A DNA stretch of 64,000 nt from Candidatus Methanosuratincola verstraetei (lineage in GTDB: Archaea > Thermoproteota > Methanomethylicia > Methanomethylicales > Methanomethylicaceae), in contig CP186953.1 of NCBI GenBank assembly GCA_049570475.1, positions 352,001 through 416,000 of the forward strand, in the 5' to 3' direction. This document shows, piece after piece, positions 9,376 to 19,141 of the stretch. Positions within the stretch are counted from its first letter, which is position 1; every line of letters begins with the position of its first letter. The position numbers and the translations under genes are program-made. The notes beneath the pieces are model-generated. The model saw only the letters and a program-made list of their open reading frames with translations. It made no database searches and was not told the DNA's origin.

Positions 9376-10923
9376 TCAGAATCCCGGCAGCTCCTCCAAT
9401 AGCATCCCCTCGATCATGAACGGCGGTTCACGCATTGACAGGCTGACCGCTTCCCTGAGCTTCGAGGGCCTGTTCGCATAGATCTCCACCACAGGGTCAC
9501 CCTTCTTCACCGAATACCCCATCTTGGCATAGAGCTTAACGCCTGCCCCCTTATCCATAGGGGCTCCCGCTGCGCGTGCTATGGCATTTATAGACCTGTT
9601 GCTTATGCTGCTGACATATCCGTCAATTGGGGCGGTTATCACATAGCGGGAGGATCCGAGCGGGATGTCTTCGGGCTTTATGTCAGGGTTTCCCCCCTGG
9701 TGGGCGATGATCTCACGCATCTTCTTGTAAGCCTTCCCGCTCCTCAGGATCTCCTTGGCCACATCCTGGCCGTTCCCCCTCGAGGCGATTCCGTTCATCT
9801 CTAAGAGCATCCCTGCCAAGGAGGTTGACTTCTCGATGAGGCTATTGGGGCCTCCCCCCATGAGTGTTTCGAGCGCCTCTCTCGCCTCGAGCGCAGGGCC
9901 CACGGTGTGACCTACGGGCTGGCCTCCATAGGTAATGCCGCACCTTACCCTTATGCCAAGCCGGTTCCCGAGCTCGATGAAGTCATTGCCAAGCTTCCTT
10001 GCAGTCTCAAAGTCCTCCACTTTCGCGCCTCTGCCCGTCGGGATGTCCAGGACCAGCGTGCTCACCCCGACTGCTAGCTTTTTGGACATTATCGAGGCCA
10101 TCATCTGCGGGCGGGGATCGATCGAGAGCGGGTGCTCCACCCTTATGAAAAGGTCGTCAGCAGGCGCGAGGTTGAGCGACCCTCCCCAGGCTATATAACC
10201 CCCCACGTCCCGGAGGAGCCTCTTCAGCTCATCCTCCATGAACTCCACAGGCGCCAAGATCTCCATGGTGTCCGCGGTGCCTGATGGGCTGGTTATGGCA
10301 CGGCTGCTGGTTTTCGGGATCTTCAGCCCCGCAGCCGCAACTATTGGGACTATGAGCAGCGTGACCTTGTTTCCTGGCACGCCTCCTATCGAGTGCTTGT
10401 CCACTACCTGCTCTCCGAAGTCGATCGTCTTCCCGGTCTCCACCATCGCCTTGGTGAGGCTCTCTATCTCGTCCATATCCATGCCTACGTACTCCTCAGC
10501 CATGAGGAAAGCAGCTACCTCCAGCTTGCTCAGGTTGTGGAAGACCGTGTCCTTCACAATCGAGTGGATCTCGCTTTTCGTGAGGGGCTTGCCTTTCATC
10601 TTCTTCCTTATGAACTCGACTGAAGTAGGGGTGGGGGCGACAGAGACTTCAACCAGATCTCCCTCATTGATCGGGAATTCGTTGAAATCCTCGTAGAACC
10701 CAATCTCGCCCTTCTCAACCACAGTCTGGGAGATGTCAAGCATTGCGACAGTCCGCTGGAATCCCTTGGTTACGACCACGCGGTCGTGGATCCGCAGCAT
10801 CATCTCCTCAGCGTCGGACTCGTTGATTATAACATTCTTTTCCCCTGTCTTGATCCGTATGAGCCTTGCCCTGAATTTCTGCTGCGCAGGCTGCATTTCA
10901 TTCCCCAATTTGTCGGCTGACAT
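9376..10923 (-). CDS. deoA: AMP phosphorylase
   Basis: DKHSIGGVPGNK, KTSSRAITSPSGTAD, GPALEA, N-terminal extra domain. Confidence 0.95.
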   Translation of the reverse strand: MSADKLGNEMQPAQQKFRARLIRIKTGEKNVIINESDAEEMMLRIHDRVVVTKGFQRTVAMLDISQTVVEKGEIGFYEDFNEFPINEGDLVEVSVAPTPTSVEFIRKKMKGKPLTKSEIHSIVKDTVFHNLSKLEVAAFLMAEEYVGMDMDEIESLTKAMVETGKTIDFGEQVVDKHSIGGVPGNKVTLLIVPIVAAAGLKIPKTSSRAITSPSGTADTMEILAPVEFMEDELKRLLRDVGGYIAWGGSLNLAPADDLFIRVEHPLSIDPRPQMMASIMSKKLAVGVSTLVLDIPTGRGAKVEDFETARKLGNDFIELGNRLGIRVRCGITYGGQPVGHTVGPALEAREALETLMGGGPNSLIEKSTSLAGMLLEMNGIASRGNGQDVAKEILRSGKAYKKMREIIAHQGGNPDIKPEDIPLGSSRYVITAPIDGYVSSISNRSINAIARAAGAPMDKGAGVKLYAKMGYSVKKGDPVVEIYANRPSKLREAVSLSMREPPFMIEGMLLEELPGF

Positions 10924-10928
10924 TGCAT

Positions 10929-12239
10929 TCAGTCCTCCGACAGCCGCTTTTCGCCCCACCGCTCCAGTGCAATCCTGAGCTCTTCATGGGACTTGGCATA
11001 CTCATCCAATGGGATCCCTTTCACGCAGGCGTCGATCGCCTGCCTCATTGCGGCCGCGCCGGCTCTTGTCCCCCTCGGGTGGCCATGGATCCCCCCGCCC
11101 GCATTTATGACAAAGTCGTTGCCGAAGACGCGGTAGTTGGCAGGAACGAAGCCAGGGTGGATTCCTCCGGAGGCGACCGGGAAGACCATCCTCTTCCCGT
11201 GCCATTCTGATCTCAGGAAGTCAATTATCCGGTTGAGCTCGGTCCTTGCGCCCTCCTCGCCGCCCATCTTGCCGGCGCCGGATCCGACATGTAGCTGGTC
11301 TCCGCCAAGGAGCCTTGCAATCTTTGCAAGAACGAGCATCGATATGCCGTGCTTCGGGTTCCGGGTAAATGCAGCATGCATTGCCCTGTGCATGTGGATC
11401 GGGACATGGAAGTCGTGCGACTTGATGAACCATTCGACTGTTGGCAGGCCCAGTATGACGATGTCCAGCATGAGCGTGTTTGCGCCGTTGTCTATTGCAG
11501 TCTCTGCATGCCTGACCATATCCTCCGGATCGGCAGTCACATTGACTGCAAAAAGCACATTCCGACCGGTCTCGGACTTTACCCGATCTAGCGCTTCCAT
11601 GACTCGGACTACCCTCTCCTGGAGCGGGCAGAACTTCTGGTTCACGAGCGTCTCGTCGTCCTTTATGAAGTCGACGCCGCCGATCGCGGCCTCGTAGCAG
11701 ACCTTTGCGGTCTGTTCTGGGTTGAGTCCGACCTTTGGCTTAACTATCGTCCCTAGGTGGGGGCGGGGCGAAGAGTCTGTCCCGACCAATCTCCTGACCC
11801 CTTCAATTCCAACCCTGGGACCGGGATACATGCCAACAACTTCCCCAGGGAAGTCGATATCCACCAGCCTCACGTTCTTCAGCGCGGAGAGGCCGAAGAG
11901 GTTTCCAGCCACCATGCTCAGCACGTTGGCAATGCCGCTGGTCTCCAGGTCGAAGAGGTCAAGCGGATAAGCGACCCATACGAAACCAGCACCCCCCGAC
12001 CCCTCTGTTCTGAATACCTTTGCAGGCAGGCGGCTCCTTACCCACTCATTGGTAGTGGTTATCTCAGTCCAGGTCCCTATGGACTCCTCGGTTGCGATCG
12101 CGATCCCCGAGGCCTTCAGATCGAGTTCGCTCTCTACATAGTACTTTGCTATTATGTACTTCTCAGGGTCTATCGACTCTGGTGTAGTGTAAAAGATTTC
12201 ATCCAGGTAGATCCCTTTCTTGCTGGTCCCTTGCGCCAT
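10929..12239 (-). CDS. rbcL: Form III RuBisCO large subunit
   Basis: GTIVKPKVGL, GGVDFIKDDE, HMHRAMH, GKM loop 6, ASGGIHP, GGGIHGHP. Confidence 0.93.
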   Translation of the reverse strand: MAQGTSKKGIYLDEIFYTTPESIDPEKYIIAKYYVESELDLKASGIAIATEESIGTWTEITTTNEWVRSRLPAKVFRTEGSGGAGFVWVAYPLDLFDLETSGIANVLSMVAGNLFGLSALKNVRLVDIDFPGEVVGMYPGPRVGIEGVRRLVGTDSSPRPHLGTIVKPKVGLNPEQTAKVCYEAAIGGVDFIKDDETLVNQKFCPLQERVVRVMEALDRVKSETGRNVLFAVNVTADPEDMVRHAETAIDNGANTLMLDIVILGLPTVEWFIKSHDFHVPIHMHRAMHAAFTRNPKHGISMLVLAKIARLLGGDQLHVGSGAGKMGGEEGARTELNRIIDFLRSEWHGKRMVFPVASGGIHPGFVPANYRVFGNDFVINAGGGIHGHPRGTRAGAAAMRQAIDACVKGIPLDEYAKSHEELRIALERWGEKRLSED

Positions 12240-12245
12240 CAATCA

Positions 12246-13229
12246 TCACCGCTCCTCCTCTTCAACAAAGACTCTCCCAGTCTGCTCCTCGCCAATTCTA
12301 TATCCGAACTCTTCCATTAATATCAATATTGCAGCCTGCGGAGGGATCACGCCCCGCTCAGTGATTATAGCGTCTATCATCTCCGCGGGCGTGATGTCGA
12401 ACGCAGGGTTGGCTATCTTCACATTACCCAGAGCTGCAACCTCTTCCTCAGGGACGACCTCAGTCGGGGGGCGCTCCTCGATCTCCACGAGCTCGCCAAG
12501 CATGGTCGAAGGGCTGAACTTGTAGGTTTCCGCACAGACGTAGACCCTGACCCTCGCCTCCTTTGCTGCAAGCGCAATCTGCGATGTGCCGATCTTGTTC
12601 ACGACAGCCCCGTTCGCGGTCACCACATCTGAGCCCACCACGACCTTGTCGACCTTGGGCATGAAGTACCTAGCGGCGGAGTCTACAATCAGCGTTACAG
12701 GTATGCCCGCCTCCGAGAGGGCCTTCGCAGTCAACCGGCCTTGGTACCTAGGGCGGGTCTCGGTCGCTATGACTGAGAAGTCTTTGCCCTGGCGCTTTGC
12801 CTCGATCAGTGTGGATATCGCGACCGAGCTGTTGCAGTGGGTCATCACGAGGTCGCCGTTCCTAATCCGCTTTGAACCGATCTCGCTTATCCGCTTCACG
12901 GCCTCGAATGAGGACTTCAAGAAGGCATCGCTGGCTTCTATAGTCGTCTGCCTCAGCACTTCGGTCGGGGCGCCATCCCTGTAGGCGCCGAGTACGCGGT
13001 GCCTTATGTAGTTCAGGGCATTTGCAAGGGAAACCGCTGTTGGCCTCGTGTTGATCAGCAACCGGTAGACCTCGTCGAAACCCTCCATATATGACGTGGC
13101 GTCAGGGGCCTTGCTTCCCAACGCATACGACTTCAGACCGCTGGCAGCAGCCCTACCGATCTCGGCAGCCCCCCTGATCCGCATAGACCTGATGTCCTCT
13201 GCAAGCCGGATTATCTCTTCACTTGCCAA
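12246..13229 (-). CDS. Ribose-1,5-bisphosphate isomerase (eIF2B-like)
   Basis: IRGA, TRPTAVSL, THCNS, ETRPRYQG, NKIGT, NPAFDITP; adjacent to rbcL. Confidence 0.92.
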   Translation of the reverse strand: MASEEIIRLAEDIRSMRIRGAAEIGRAAASGLKSYALGSKAPDATSYMEGFDEVYRLLINTRPTAVSLANALNYIRHRVLGAYRDGAPTEVLRQTTIEASDAFLKSSFEAVKRISEIGSKRIRNGDLVMTHCNSSVAISTLIEAKRQGKDFSVIATETRPRYQGRLTAKALSEAGIPVTLIVDSAARYFMPKVDKVVVGSDVVTANGAVVNKIGTSQIALAAKEARVRVYVCAETYKFSPSTMLGELVEIEERPPTEVVPEEEVAALGNVKIANPAFDITPAEMIDAIITERGVIPPQAAILILMEEFGYRIGEEQTGRVFVEEEER

Positions 13230-13267
13230 AAATAGACCTCCCGACCTGTAGTAGATCTCTGCCGGAC

Positions 13268-13277
13268 ATTATAAAAA
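13268..13277 (-). promoter_or_regulatory. Putative TATA box for R15P isomerase-rbcL-AMP phosphorylase
   Basis: TTTTTATAAT ~40 nt upstream of the start, followed by a GGAGG RBS. Confidence 0.55.
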
Positions 13278-13287
13278 GGTTGGTAGG

Positions 13288-14193
13288 TCATCGATCAGAG
13301 GCGAAATCCCGCAATAGTGCATCTGCAAGCAGAGGAGCTACCGAGACCGAGGCATAATCGTTGTCGATTGTGTCGGTCGTTATCAGCGAGTTTAGCCCGC
13401 CCTCCCTCAGCTTTGAATAGGCACCCTCTACAAGCAGGGAGTGGGTCACCAAAGCGTCTACCCTTCCAACACCGGATTCCTTCAGTTTCCCCAACACTTC
13501 CAAGATGGTCTTGCCAGTGCTAATCATGTCGTCGACGATTACGGCAGCACTGCACATGCCCCCCGAGAGGTCAGACACCCGGACTTCCCTGTCGCCTAAA
13601 CGCTCCTTCTCGAGGATGGTGCACACAGAGGGGATCACTTCTGCCACAGCCTTAGCCCACTGGGACGACTCGCTGTCAGGCCCCACAACCAGCACGCGAC
13701 CTCCTGGTGAATGCCTAAGGTAATTTTCAGCCAAGAGGGGCATTGCAGAGAGGTTCGTTGCCGGGACTTCGAATACCTCGTTTATTGTCCGGAACCTATG
13801 AAGGTGCAAGTCCACGGTGTAGACGGCATCTGTGCCTGAGGCCTCTATCAACCTGGCGAAGACCTTGGCACTCAGCGCCTCCCCCTCATTGAAGCGCTCA
13901 TCCTGCCTTGCATAGGCAAGGTAAGGGAAAACGCCGATAACCTGCCTGCAGCCCATCCCCCTTACAGCGTCCGCAATCAGCGAGTATTCGACCAAGAGGC
14001 TCCCTGGCGAGAGGGCAAATGACTGTACGATTGCCACATCCTTGCCGCTGACATTGCCGCATACGCGGACATACTGCTCCCCGTCGGGGAACTGCCTCCT
14101 CTTCACCTCAGCGAGGGGCGCCCCTGAGATCTGCGAGATCCTTCGGGCAAGCCTCTCGGCGCCGGATCCGTATGTCAACACAAGATTCCGCAA
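13288..14193 (-). CDS. prs: Ribose-phosphate pyrophosphokinase
   Basis: FPDGE, PYLAYARQD, DLH, VDDMISTGKT. Confidence 0.93.
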   Translation of the reverse strand: MRNLVLTYGSGAERLARRISQISGAPLAEVKRRQFPDGEQYVRVCGNVSGKDVAIVQSFALSPGSLLVEYSLIADAVRGMGCRQVIGVFPYLAYARQDERFNEGEALSAKVFARLIEASGTDAVYTVDLHLHRFRTINEVFEVPATNLSAMPLLAENYLRHSPGGRVLVVGPDSESSQWAKAVAEVIPSVCTILEKERLGDREVRVSDLSGGMCSAAVIVDDMISTGKTILEVLGKLKESGVGRVDALVTHSLLVEGAYSKLREGGLNSLITTDTIDNDYASVSVAPLLADALLRDFASDR

Positions 14194-15378
14194 TTATAGA
14201 CCCTCATGCATGTCCATATAGAGGTCAAGGAGATCGTCCCTTGAAGGCTTCCTCGGGTTCTTTTCCACGAACCTGTAGTGGTTAGTCAGGAGATCGTCGA
14301 CCATCGACTCGAGTTCTGACTCGTTTATCCCAAGTTCGTCCAGCGTCTGAGGCAAGCCAAGCGTATCCATGATTTCGAAGATCTTCGAGGCGATCTCAAA
14401 CCCAGCCTCTACTGGCGAGGCTCCAGACGCATCGATCCCCATCGCGGAGGCGATGATCCTTGTCTTGGCGGGTATTGCAGGGGCATTGAAGATCGCGACG
14501 TATGGGGCGGCAAGGGATACGGAGGATCCGTGGGGCATCGAGCATTTGGTGGCATATGTGTAAGCAATGCCGTGCGGAAGGCAAAGCCCAGTAGCCTGGA
14601 AGGCCATCCCAGCCAGCAAAGAGGCTGCAGAGAGCCCGGCCCTCGCCTCAAGGTCGCCACCATTGCAGTATGCCCTCTCGAGATAAGCGCATGCCAACCC
14701 GAGGGCTTTTGAGGAGAGGGAGTCGCTTATCGGGTTCGAGTCGACCGACATCATCGACTCAAGAGCGTGGCATAGGGCATCGATTCCCGCTGAGGCTGTC
14801 GCGTCCGGGGTGGCTGTGCAGGAGAGGCGGGGGTCGACGAGAGCGAGGGCAGGATAGAGCGCGTTGTTGAAAAGAGCGCGCTTCACCCCGTTATCGACTA
14901 TGACAGAGATTGGCGTGACCTCGGATCCTGTGCCAGCCAAGGTCGGTATTGTGATTATTGGGGGACCTTTCTTGCTGATCTTCTCCCCCCTGAAGTAGCT
15001 GGCAGGCTCTTTCTCGTTGACGGACAGGGCGGAGGCGAGCTTTGAGAGATCCATTGTGCTCCCGCCGCCGATCCCTACGACTATTTCCGGCTGCGACTTC
15101 CTCACAATGCCTGCAAGCGAGTTAAGGACCTCGATGTCTGGCTCGGCCTCGGCCATGGTGAACTCAGAGAGGTCCGAACCAGCGCAAGAGAAGCATTCCT
15201 TAATGAGAGCATATGCATTGGTCTTGCTGACCCTGGGACCCGACACAAGGAGCGCCTTTTTGAAACTGAACTTCTTCAGTTCTTCAGGAAGGCGCGACAG
15301 CGAGCCTATGCCGAAGACGATTCGGGTCGGGCAGTAAAAAGCGAATGCCCTGTCCAGAAGATCTAAACTGATGCTCAT
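14194..15378 (-). CDS. Iron-containing alcohol dehydrogenase
   Basis: GIGGGSTMD, PTLAGTGSE, DALCHALE, LPHG..PHG; ATG at 15378 (ORF-track extension runs into the IS). Confidence 0.9.
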   Translation of the reverse strand: MSISLDLLDRAFAFYCPTRIVFGIGSLSRLPEELKKFSFKKALLVSGPRVSKTNAYALIKECFSCAGSDLSEFTMAEAEPDIEVLNSLAGIVRKSQPEIVVGIGGGSTMDLSKLASALSVNEKEPASYFRGEKISKKGPPIITIPTLAGTGSEVTPISVIVDNGVKRALFNNALYPALALVDPRLSCTATPDATASAGIDALCHALESMMSVDSNPISDSLSSKALGLACAYLERAYCNGGDLEARAGLSAASLLAGMAFQATGLCLPHGIAYTYATKCSMPHGSSVSLAAPYVAIFNAPAIPAKTRIIASAMGIDASGASPVEAGFEIASKIFEIMDTLGLPQTLDELGINESELESMVDDLLTNHYRFVEKNPRKPSRDDLLDLYMDMHEGL

Positions 15379-15394
15379 ACAAATTTCCCCTGAA

Positions 15395-16534
15395 TCATAG
15401 ACCACAGTCATGTGAACTACCCCACCCTGAAGGGTGAGGGCTTCCTGCTTCAATGATAAGGCTTGCTGGTATCGCTACCAGTAGAGGCTTTATCTCCACA
15501 GGCTCGAAGGGTCGTCCCAACCCCGCTAAACCTCGCTCTAAAATGTTGAGCGAAGCGTTATAGTCACGGTCAAGTTTGCCGTGTATATACTCCCGACTCG
15601 TTCCTCTTGGATTTACCTTCAGAAGCGTTCTACCAGCATTCTCAGCTTTGTAGGACAACATCTGAAGGAATTTACTCCAAGAAGCATCTAATATTTTCTG
15701 AGCTAAGTTATGGTTTCTAACCATGCCCGTTATGTTCAAGTCTTCAACACAAATGACATCGTAATTGTTAACGTAGAACCTTGAAAGTTTATGCAGAAAA
15801 TCATCTCGTTGATTTACAACCTTTTCATAAACTCTTGCAAGCTTAACTCTTGCCTTAGCTCTATTCTTAGACCCTTTCCTCTTTCTTGACAAAGCTCTGT
15901 GTGCTTTTTGCAGTTTTTCAAGAGATCGCCCATAATACTTCGGATTCTCAATCTGCCGACCATCGCTATCAGACAAGAAATGCTTCACGCCCATATCTAA
16001 ACCGATAGCCCTATCGTTCCTATCTAAAGGTATTACTCTGTTTTCACATTGGAAGACCGCAAACCATTTACCAGAAAGCTCACGCTTAACAAACACGCCC
16101 TTGATTTTTCCCTCAATTGGACGGTGCAACTTAATGTTGACTGCCCCAACCTTGGATAGAAACAGTTTCTTTCCTTCAAGTCTGAAACCTGACTGATTAT
16201 AATTCAGCGTTTTGAACCATTGCCCCTTGAATCGAAGTTTACCAATTCGTCGTCCATTCTTTTTCAATGCAGACAAAGCTCGAATATTATTCCATAACTG
16301 ATAGTTGACCATCTGCAAAACTTTAGAATACACTTGTCCAAGCTCTGGCTTCTCCATTTTTAGTTTAACTATGAGAGCTTGCGTGTCTTTCTGAGACAGC
16401 TTTTGCCCTTCAGCCTTAGCCTTGTTTAGTTCTTCAAGCAACCGATTATAGAGCCACCTGCAAAGGTCAAGATGCTGAAACAATATTTTCTCAATCTGCT
16501 TTGACGGATAAAGCCTGAAGCGATAACTAAGCAC
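15395..16534 (-). CDS. tnpB: RNA-guided endonuclease TnpB
   Basis: YRFRLYP..CRWLYN HTH, RuvC-I GLDMG, RuvC-II VEDL, RuvC-III DRDYNA; GTG start overlapping tnpA stop. Confidence 0.95.
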   Translation of the reverse strand: MLSYRFRLYPSKQIEKILFQHLDLCRWLYNRLLEELNKAKAEGQKLSQKDTQALIVKLKMEKPELGQVYSKVLQMVNYQLWNNIRALSALKKNGRRIGKLRFKGQWFKTLNYNQSGFRLEGKKLFLSKVGAVNIKLHRPIEGKIKGVFVKRELSGKWFAVFQCENRVIPLDRNDRAIGLDMGVKHFLSDSDGRQIENPKYYGRSLEKLQKAHRALSRKRKGSKNRAKARVKLARVYEKVVNQRDDFLHKLSRFYVNNYDVICVEDLNITGMVRNHNLAQKILDASWSKFLQMLSYKAENAGRTLLKVNPRGTSREYIHGKLDRDYNASLNILERGLAGLGRPFEPVEIKPLLVAIPASLIIEAGSPHPSGWGSSHDCGL

Positions 16535-17026
16535 TTTCCTGTTCCTCCACATACTTCTTCAACACGTCAAGGCTAACTTGACCAGTGCTTGCAATGAAGT
16601 AGGAATCTGACCAGAACGAGTTACCCCATAATAGGTTTTGGAGTTGGGGAAACTCTTTTCGCAAAAGCCTTGCAGTCACGCCTTTTAGAGTATTGACAAC
16701 TTTCACGAGGTCAGTGGATGGTTTCGCTTTGAATAGAACATGCACATGGTCTTCGGCAGGTTCTTGAGCTATAATCTCGATGTCAAGTTGCCTTGCCAAG
16801 TTCCAGATGATGTTTTTCAAACGTTCTCTGATGGTTTCGTTACAAAGGACTTTGCGACGATACTTGACAACCAGAACTAAATGATATTGGAGCGAAAAAA
16901 CTGCGTGGGAAGATTTGTCCAACTTATACTTCATTAGGTTACACAAAAATCACTATACCCTAACACCTTATAAGATTTTCGGCTTTCATCCCCAGCCTAA
17001 ACGCTGGGGACTTCCCGCCGACAGAG
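15412..17026 (-). mobile_element. IS200/IS605-family element (tnpA + tnpB)
   Basis: Left-end hairpin CCCCAGC-GTTTAG-GCTGGGG downstream of a TTTAA target; right-end hairpin CCTCACCC-TTCA-GGGTGGGG ending TTCAC; visibly AT-richer than flanks. Confidence 0.88.
16527..16934 (-). CDS. tnpA: Y1 HUH transposase TnpA
   Basis: YHLVLVVKYR, DHVH, LKG, catalytic YVEEQ. Confidence 0.95.
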   Translation of the reverse strand: MKYKLDKSSHAVFSLQYHLVLVVKYRRKVLCNETIRERLKNIIWNLARQLDIEIIAQEPAEDHVHVLFKAKPSTDLVKVVNTLKGVTARLLRKEFPQLQNLLWGNSFWSDSYFIASTGQVSLDVLKKYVEEQESA

Positions 17027-17191
17027 TTAAATATGTATTACAGCCAACAATGGCTGATCTTCTGTCCTGACCGGCCCCCACCCTTGCAGCAGGATGCCCC
17101 TCGCAGGGGCAAAAACAAATGTGGGTTAGATGATCAGACTGGGAAATGAGTGGACAGGACTTGTTTGCCTTGCACTGGCATACCGCTGATT

Positions 17192-17806
17192 TCAGCTCCG
17201 GTTGAATATCCTGTAGGCGAGTGCCACGATAGTGCCCGCAACGAAACCGCCGATATGTGCCCAGTAGGCTATGCCGCTCCCATCTCCCCCGAAGAGGCTG
17301 GAGGTCCCGAAGAAGAGCTGAAGAATGAACCAGAAGCCCAGCATGGCAAAGGCAGGGAGCGTAGTGATGTAAAAACCCAGCAGCGTATGAACCTTGGCCC
17401 TGGGGAAGAGGACCACATACGCCCCCATCACCCCGGAGATCGCCCCAGATGCCCCAACAGTGGGGATTGTGGAGCTGGGATCGACAAGGTAGTTCACATA
17501 GGTAGCCACGAAACCCGTGGCAAGATAGAAGAAAAGGAATTTCACGTGCCCGAACCGGTCCTCGACATTGTCCCCAAATGTCAGGAGAAACCACATGTTG
17601 CCGAAGAGGTGGTCTACCCCTGCGTGCAGGAACATGCATGTAAAGGCAGTCAGAACGGACGGTCGGGCAGGAATGAAACCGTAGGAGTATATTGCCCCCT
17701 CGAAGTCTAACAGGCTAAACGCAAAGGCTATTGCGTTGGCGCCAACGAGAAGGAGCGTGATGTAGGGGAAAGTCCTCCTCTCGACCACGTCTTTTATAGG
17801 AAACAA
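17192..17806 (-). CDS. Rhomboid intramembrane protease
   Basis: FLHAGxxHLFGNM, GASG, AHIGG. Confidence 0.93.
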   Translation of the reverse strand: MFPIKDVVERRTFPYITLLLVGANAIAFAFSLLDFEGAIYSYGFIPARPSVLTAFTCMFLHAGVDHLFGNMWFLLTFGDNVEDRFGHVKFLFFYLATGFVATYVNYLVDPSSTIPTVGASGAISGVMGAYVVLFPRAKVHTLLGFYITTLPAFAMLGFWFILQLFFGTSSLFGGDGSGIAYWAHIGGFVAGTIVALAYRIFNRS

Positions 17807-18036
17807 TTAAAGCCTCCCCTAAAATTGTGCGAGACTTTCCGCCCACGCTTTAAGACCATTCAATTGACGGCGTATAAATCATTTGTCTTCTTTGGCGGCC
17901 TCTATGGATAGGATTGGACGGCAGATGGAGGCTTAATTTTCTTCCGAGAATGCTTGTTTCATGGCTAGTGGTGGAATGCTGGCGGAATGAATACTTATTT
18001 TAAGAGCCTGACAGGTTAGGAGTATCGGTGTGACCC

Positions 18037-19140
18037 TTGATAACAAGGGAAAGAGTCTGGGAACTCATCGAAAATTACGAGTTTGGCAGCGAGGGCCCCA
18101 CAGTCGGGACACTTGGCAGCCACTCGGCCCTGGACATTGCTGACGGGGCCAAGGAGCAGGGATTCCGCACCATAGTGGTCTGCCAGAAGGGGAGGGAGCT
18201 GCCGTATAAGACGTACCGGAGGATAGTGGATGAGGCGATCGTGCTCGACAAGTTTTCGGAGATAGCCTCCCGCGGCGTCCAGGAGGAGCTTAGGCGGAGG
18301 AAGACGGTCTTCGTGCCGCACAGGGCATTCTCCACATATGTTCCCTACGACGTAATTGAGGGCGAGTTCCTGGTGCCGCTCTTTGGGAACAGGATGATGC
18401 TGAGGTCGGAAGAGAGGTGGGCACCAAAGAACCAGTATTACCTACTCGAGAGGGCGGGGGTGAGGCAGCCCAGGAAGTTCAAATCGCCGTCCGAAATAGA
18501 CACGCTTGCGATCGTCAAGGTTCAGGAGGCAAAGAGGAAGATAGAGAGGGCCTTCTTCACGGTTACGGATGAGAGGGACTTCTGGAAGAAGGTCGAGGAG
18601 AGGGTCTCGAAGGGAATTATCACGAGGGAGGACGCTGAGAAGGCAGTGATCGAGGAATATGTCGTCGGGACGTACTTCAACTTCAATTACTTCTATTCCC
18701 CGCTGAGCGGGGAGGTGGAGTTCATGGGCATCGACAGGAGGCTGCAGACGAACCTGCACGACTTCGTCTCGCTCCCTGCGAGGCAGCAGCTCGAGATTGA
18801 CCTCCCGCTGCAGAACATTGAGATAGGGCACATGGGAGCCACGATAAGGGAATCGATGCTCGAGAAGGTGCTTGAGAACGGGATACGGTTCGTGAATGCC
18901 ACGAAAGAAGAGTACCCGCCAGGCATAATCGGACCCTTTGCCCTGCAGGGCGCGGTCAACAAGGACCAGGAGATAGTCATATTCGACGTCTCGCCGAGGG
19001 TTCCGGGAAGTCCAGTCATCGGGACGACAAGCCCATATGCAAGGTATCTCTACGGCAGGCCCATGAGCGTGGGTCAGAGGATCGCCCTTGAGATAAGGGA
19101 GGGGCAGGAGACCGGCAGGCTCAAGGAGATCGTGACTTGA
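18037..19140 (+). CDS. purP: PurP-like ATP-grasp protein (paralog 1)
   Basis: GSHSALDI, GIDRR, IGPFALQ. Confidence 0.85.
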   Translation: MITRERVWELIENYEFGSEGPTVGTLGSHSALDIADGAKEQGFRTIVVCQKGRELPYKTYRRIVDEAIVLDKFSEIASRGVQEELRRRKTVFVPHRAFSTYVPYDVIEGEFLVPLFGNRMMLRSEERWAPKNQYYLLERAGVRQPRKFKSPSEIDTLAIVKVQEAKRKIERAFFTVTDERDFWKKVEERVSKGIITREDAEKAVIEEYVVGTYFNFNYFYSPLSGEVEFMGIDRRLQTNLHDFVSLPARQQLEIDLPLQNIEIGHMGATIRESMLEKVLENGIRFVNATKEEYPPGIIGPFALQGAVNKDQEIVIFDVSPRVPGSPVIGTTSPYARYLYGRPMSVGQRIALEIREGQETGRLKEIVT

Positions 19141-19141
19141 G

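Noticed and set aside
15379-15453. N-terminal extension of the ADH ORF
   Set aside because: Reads into the IS right end; ATG 15378 is more plausible
16986-17710. 217-aa and 186-aa ORFs
   Set aside because: Alternative-frame or antisense shadows of the rhomboid gene
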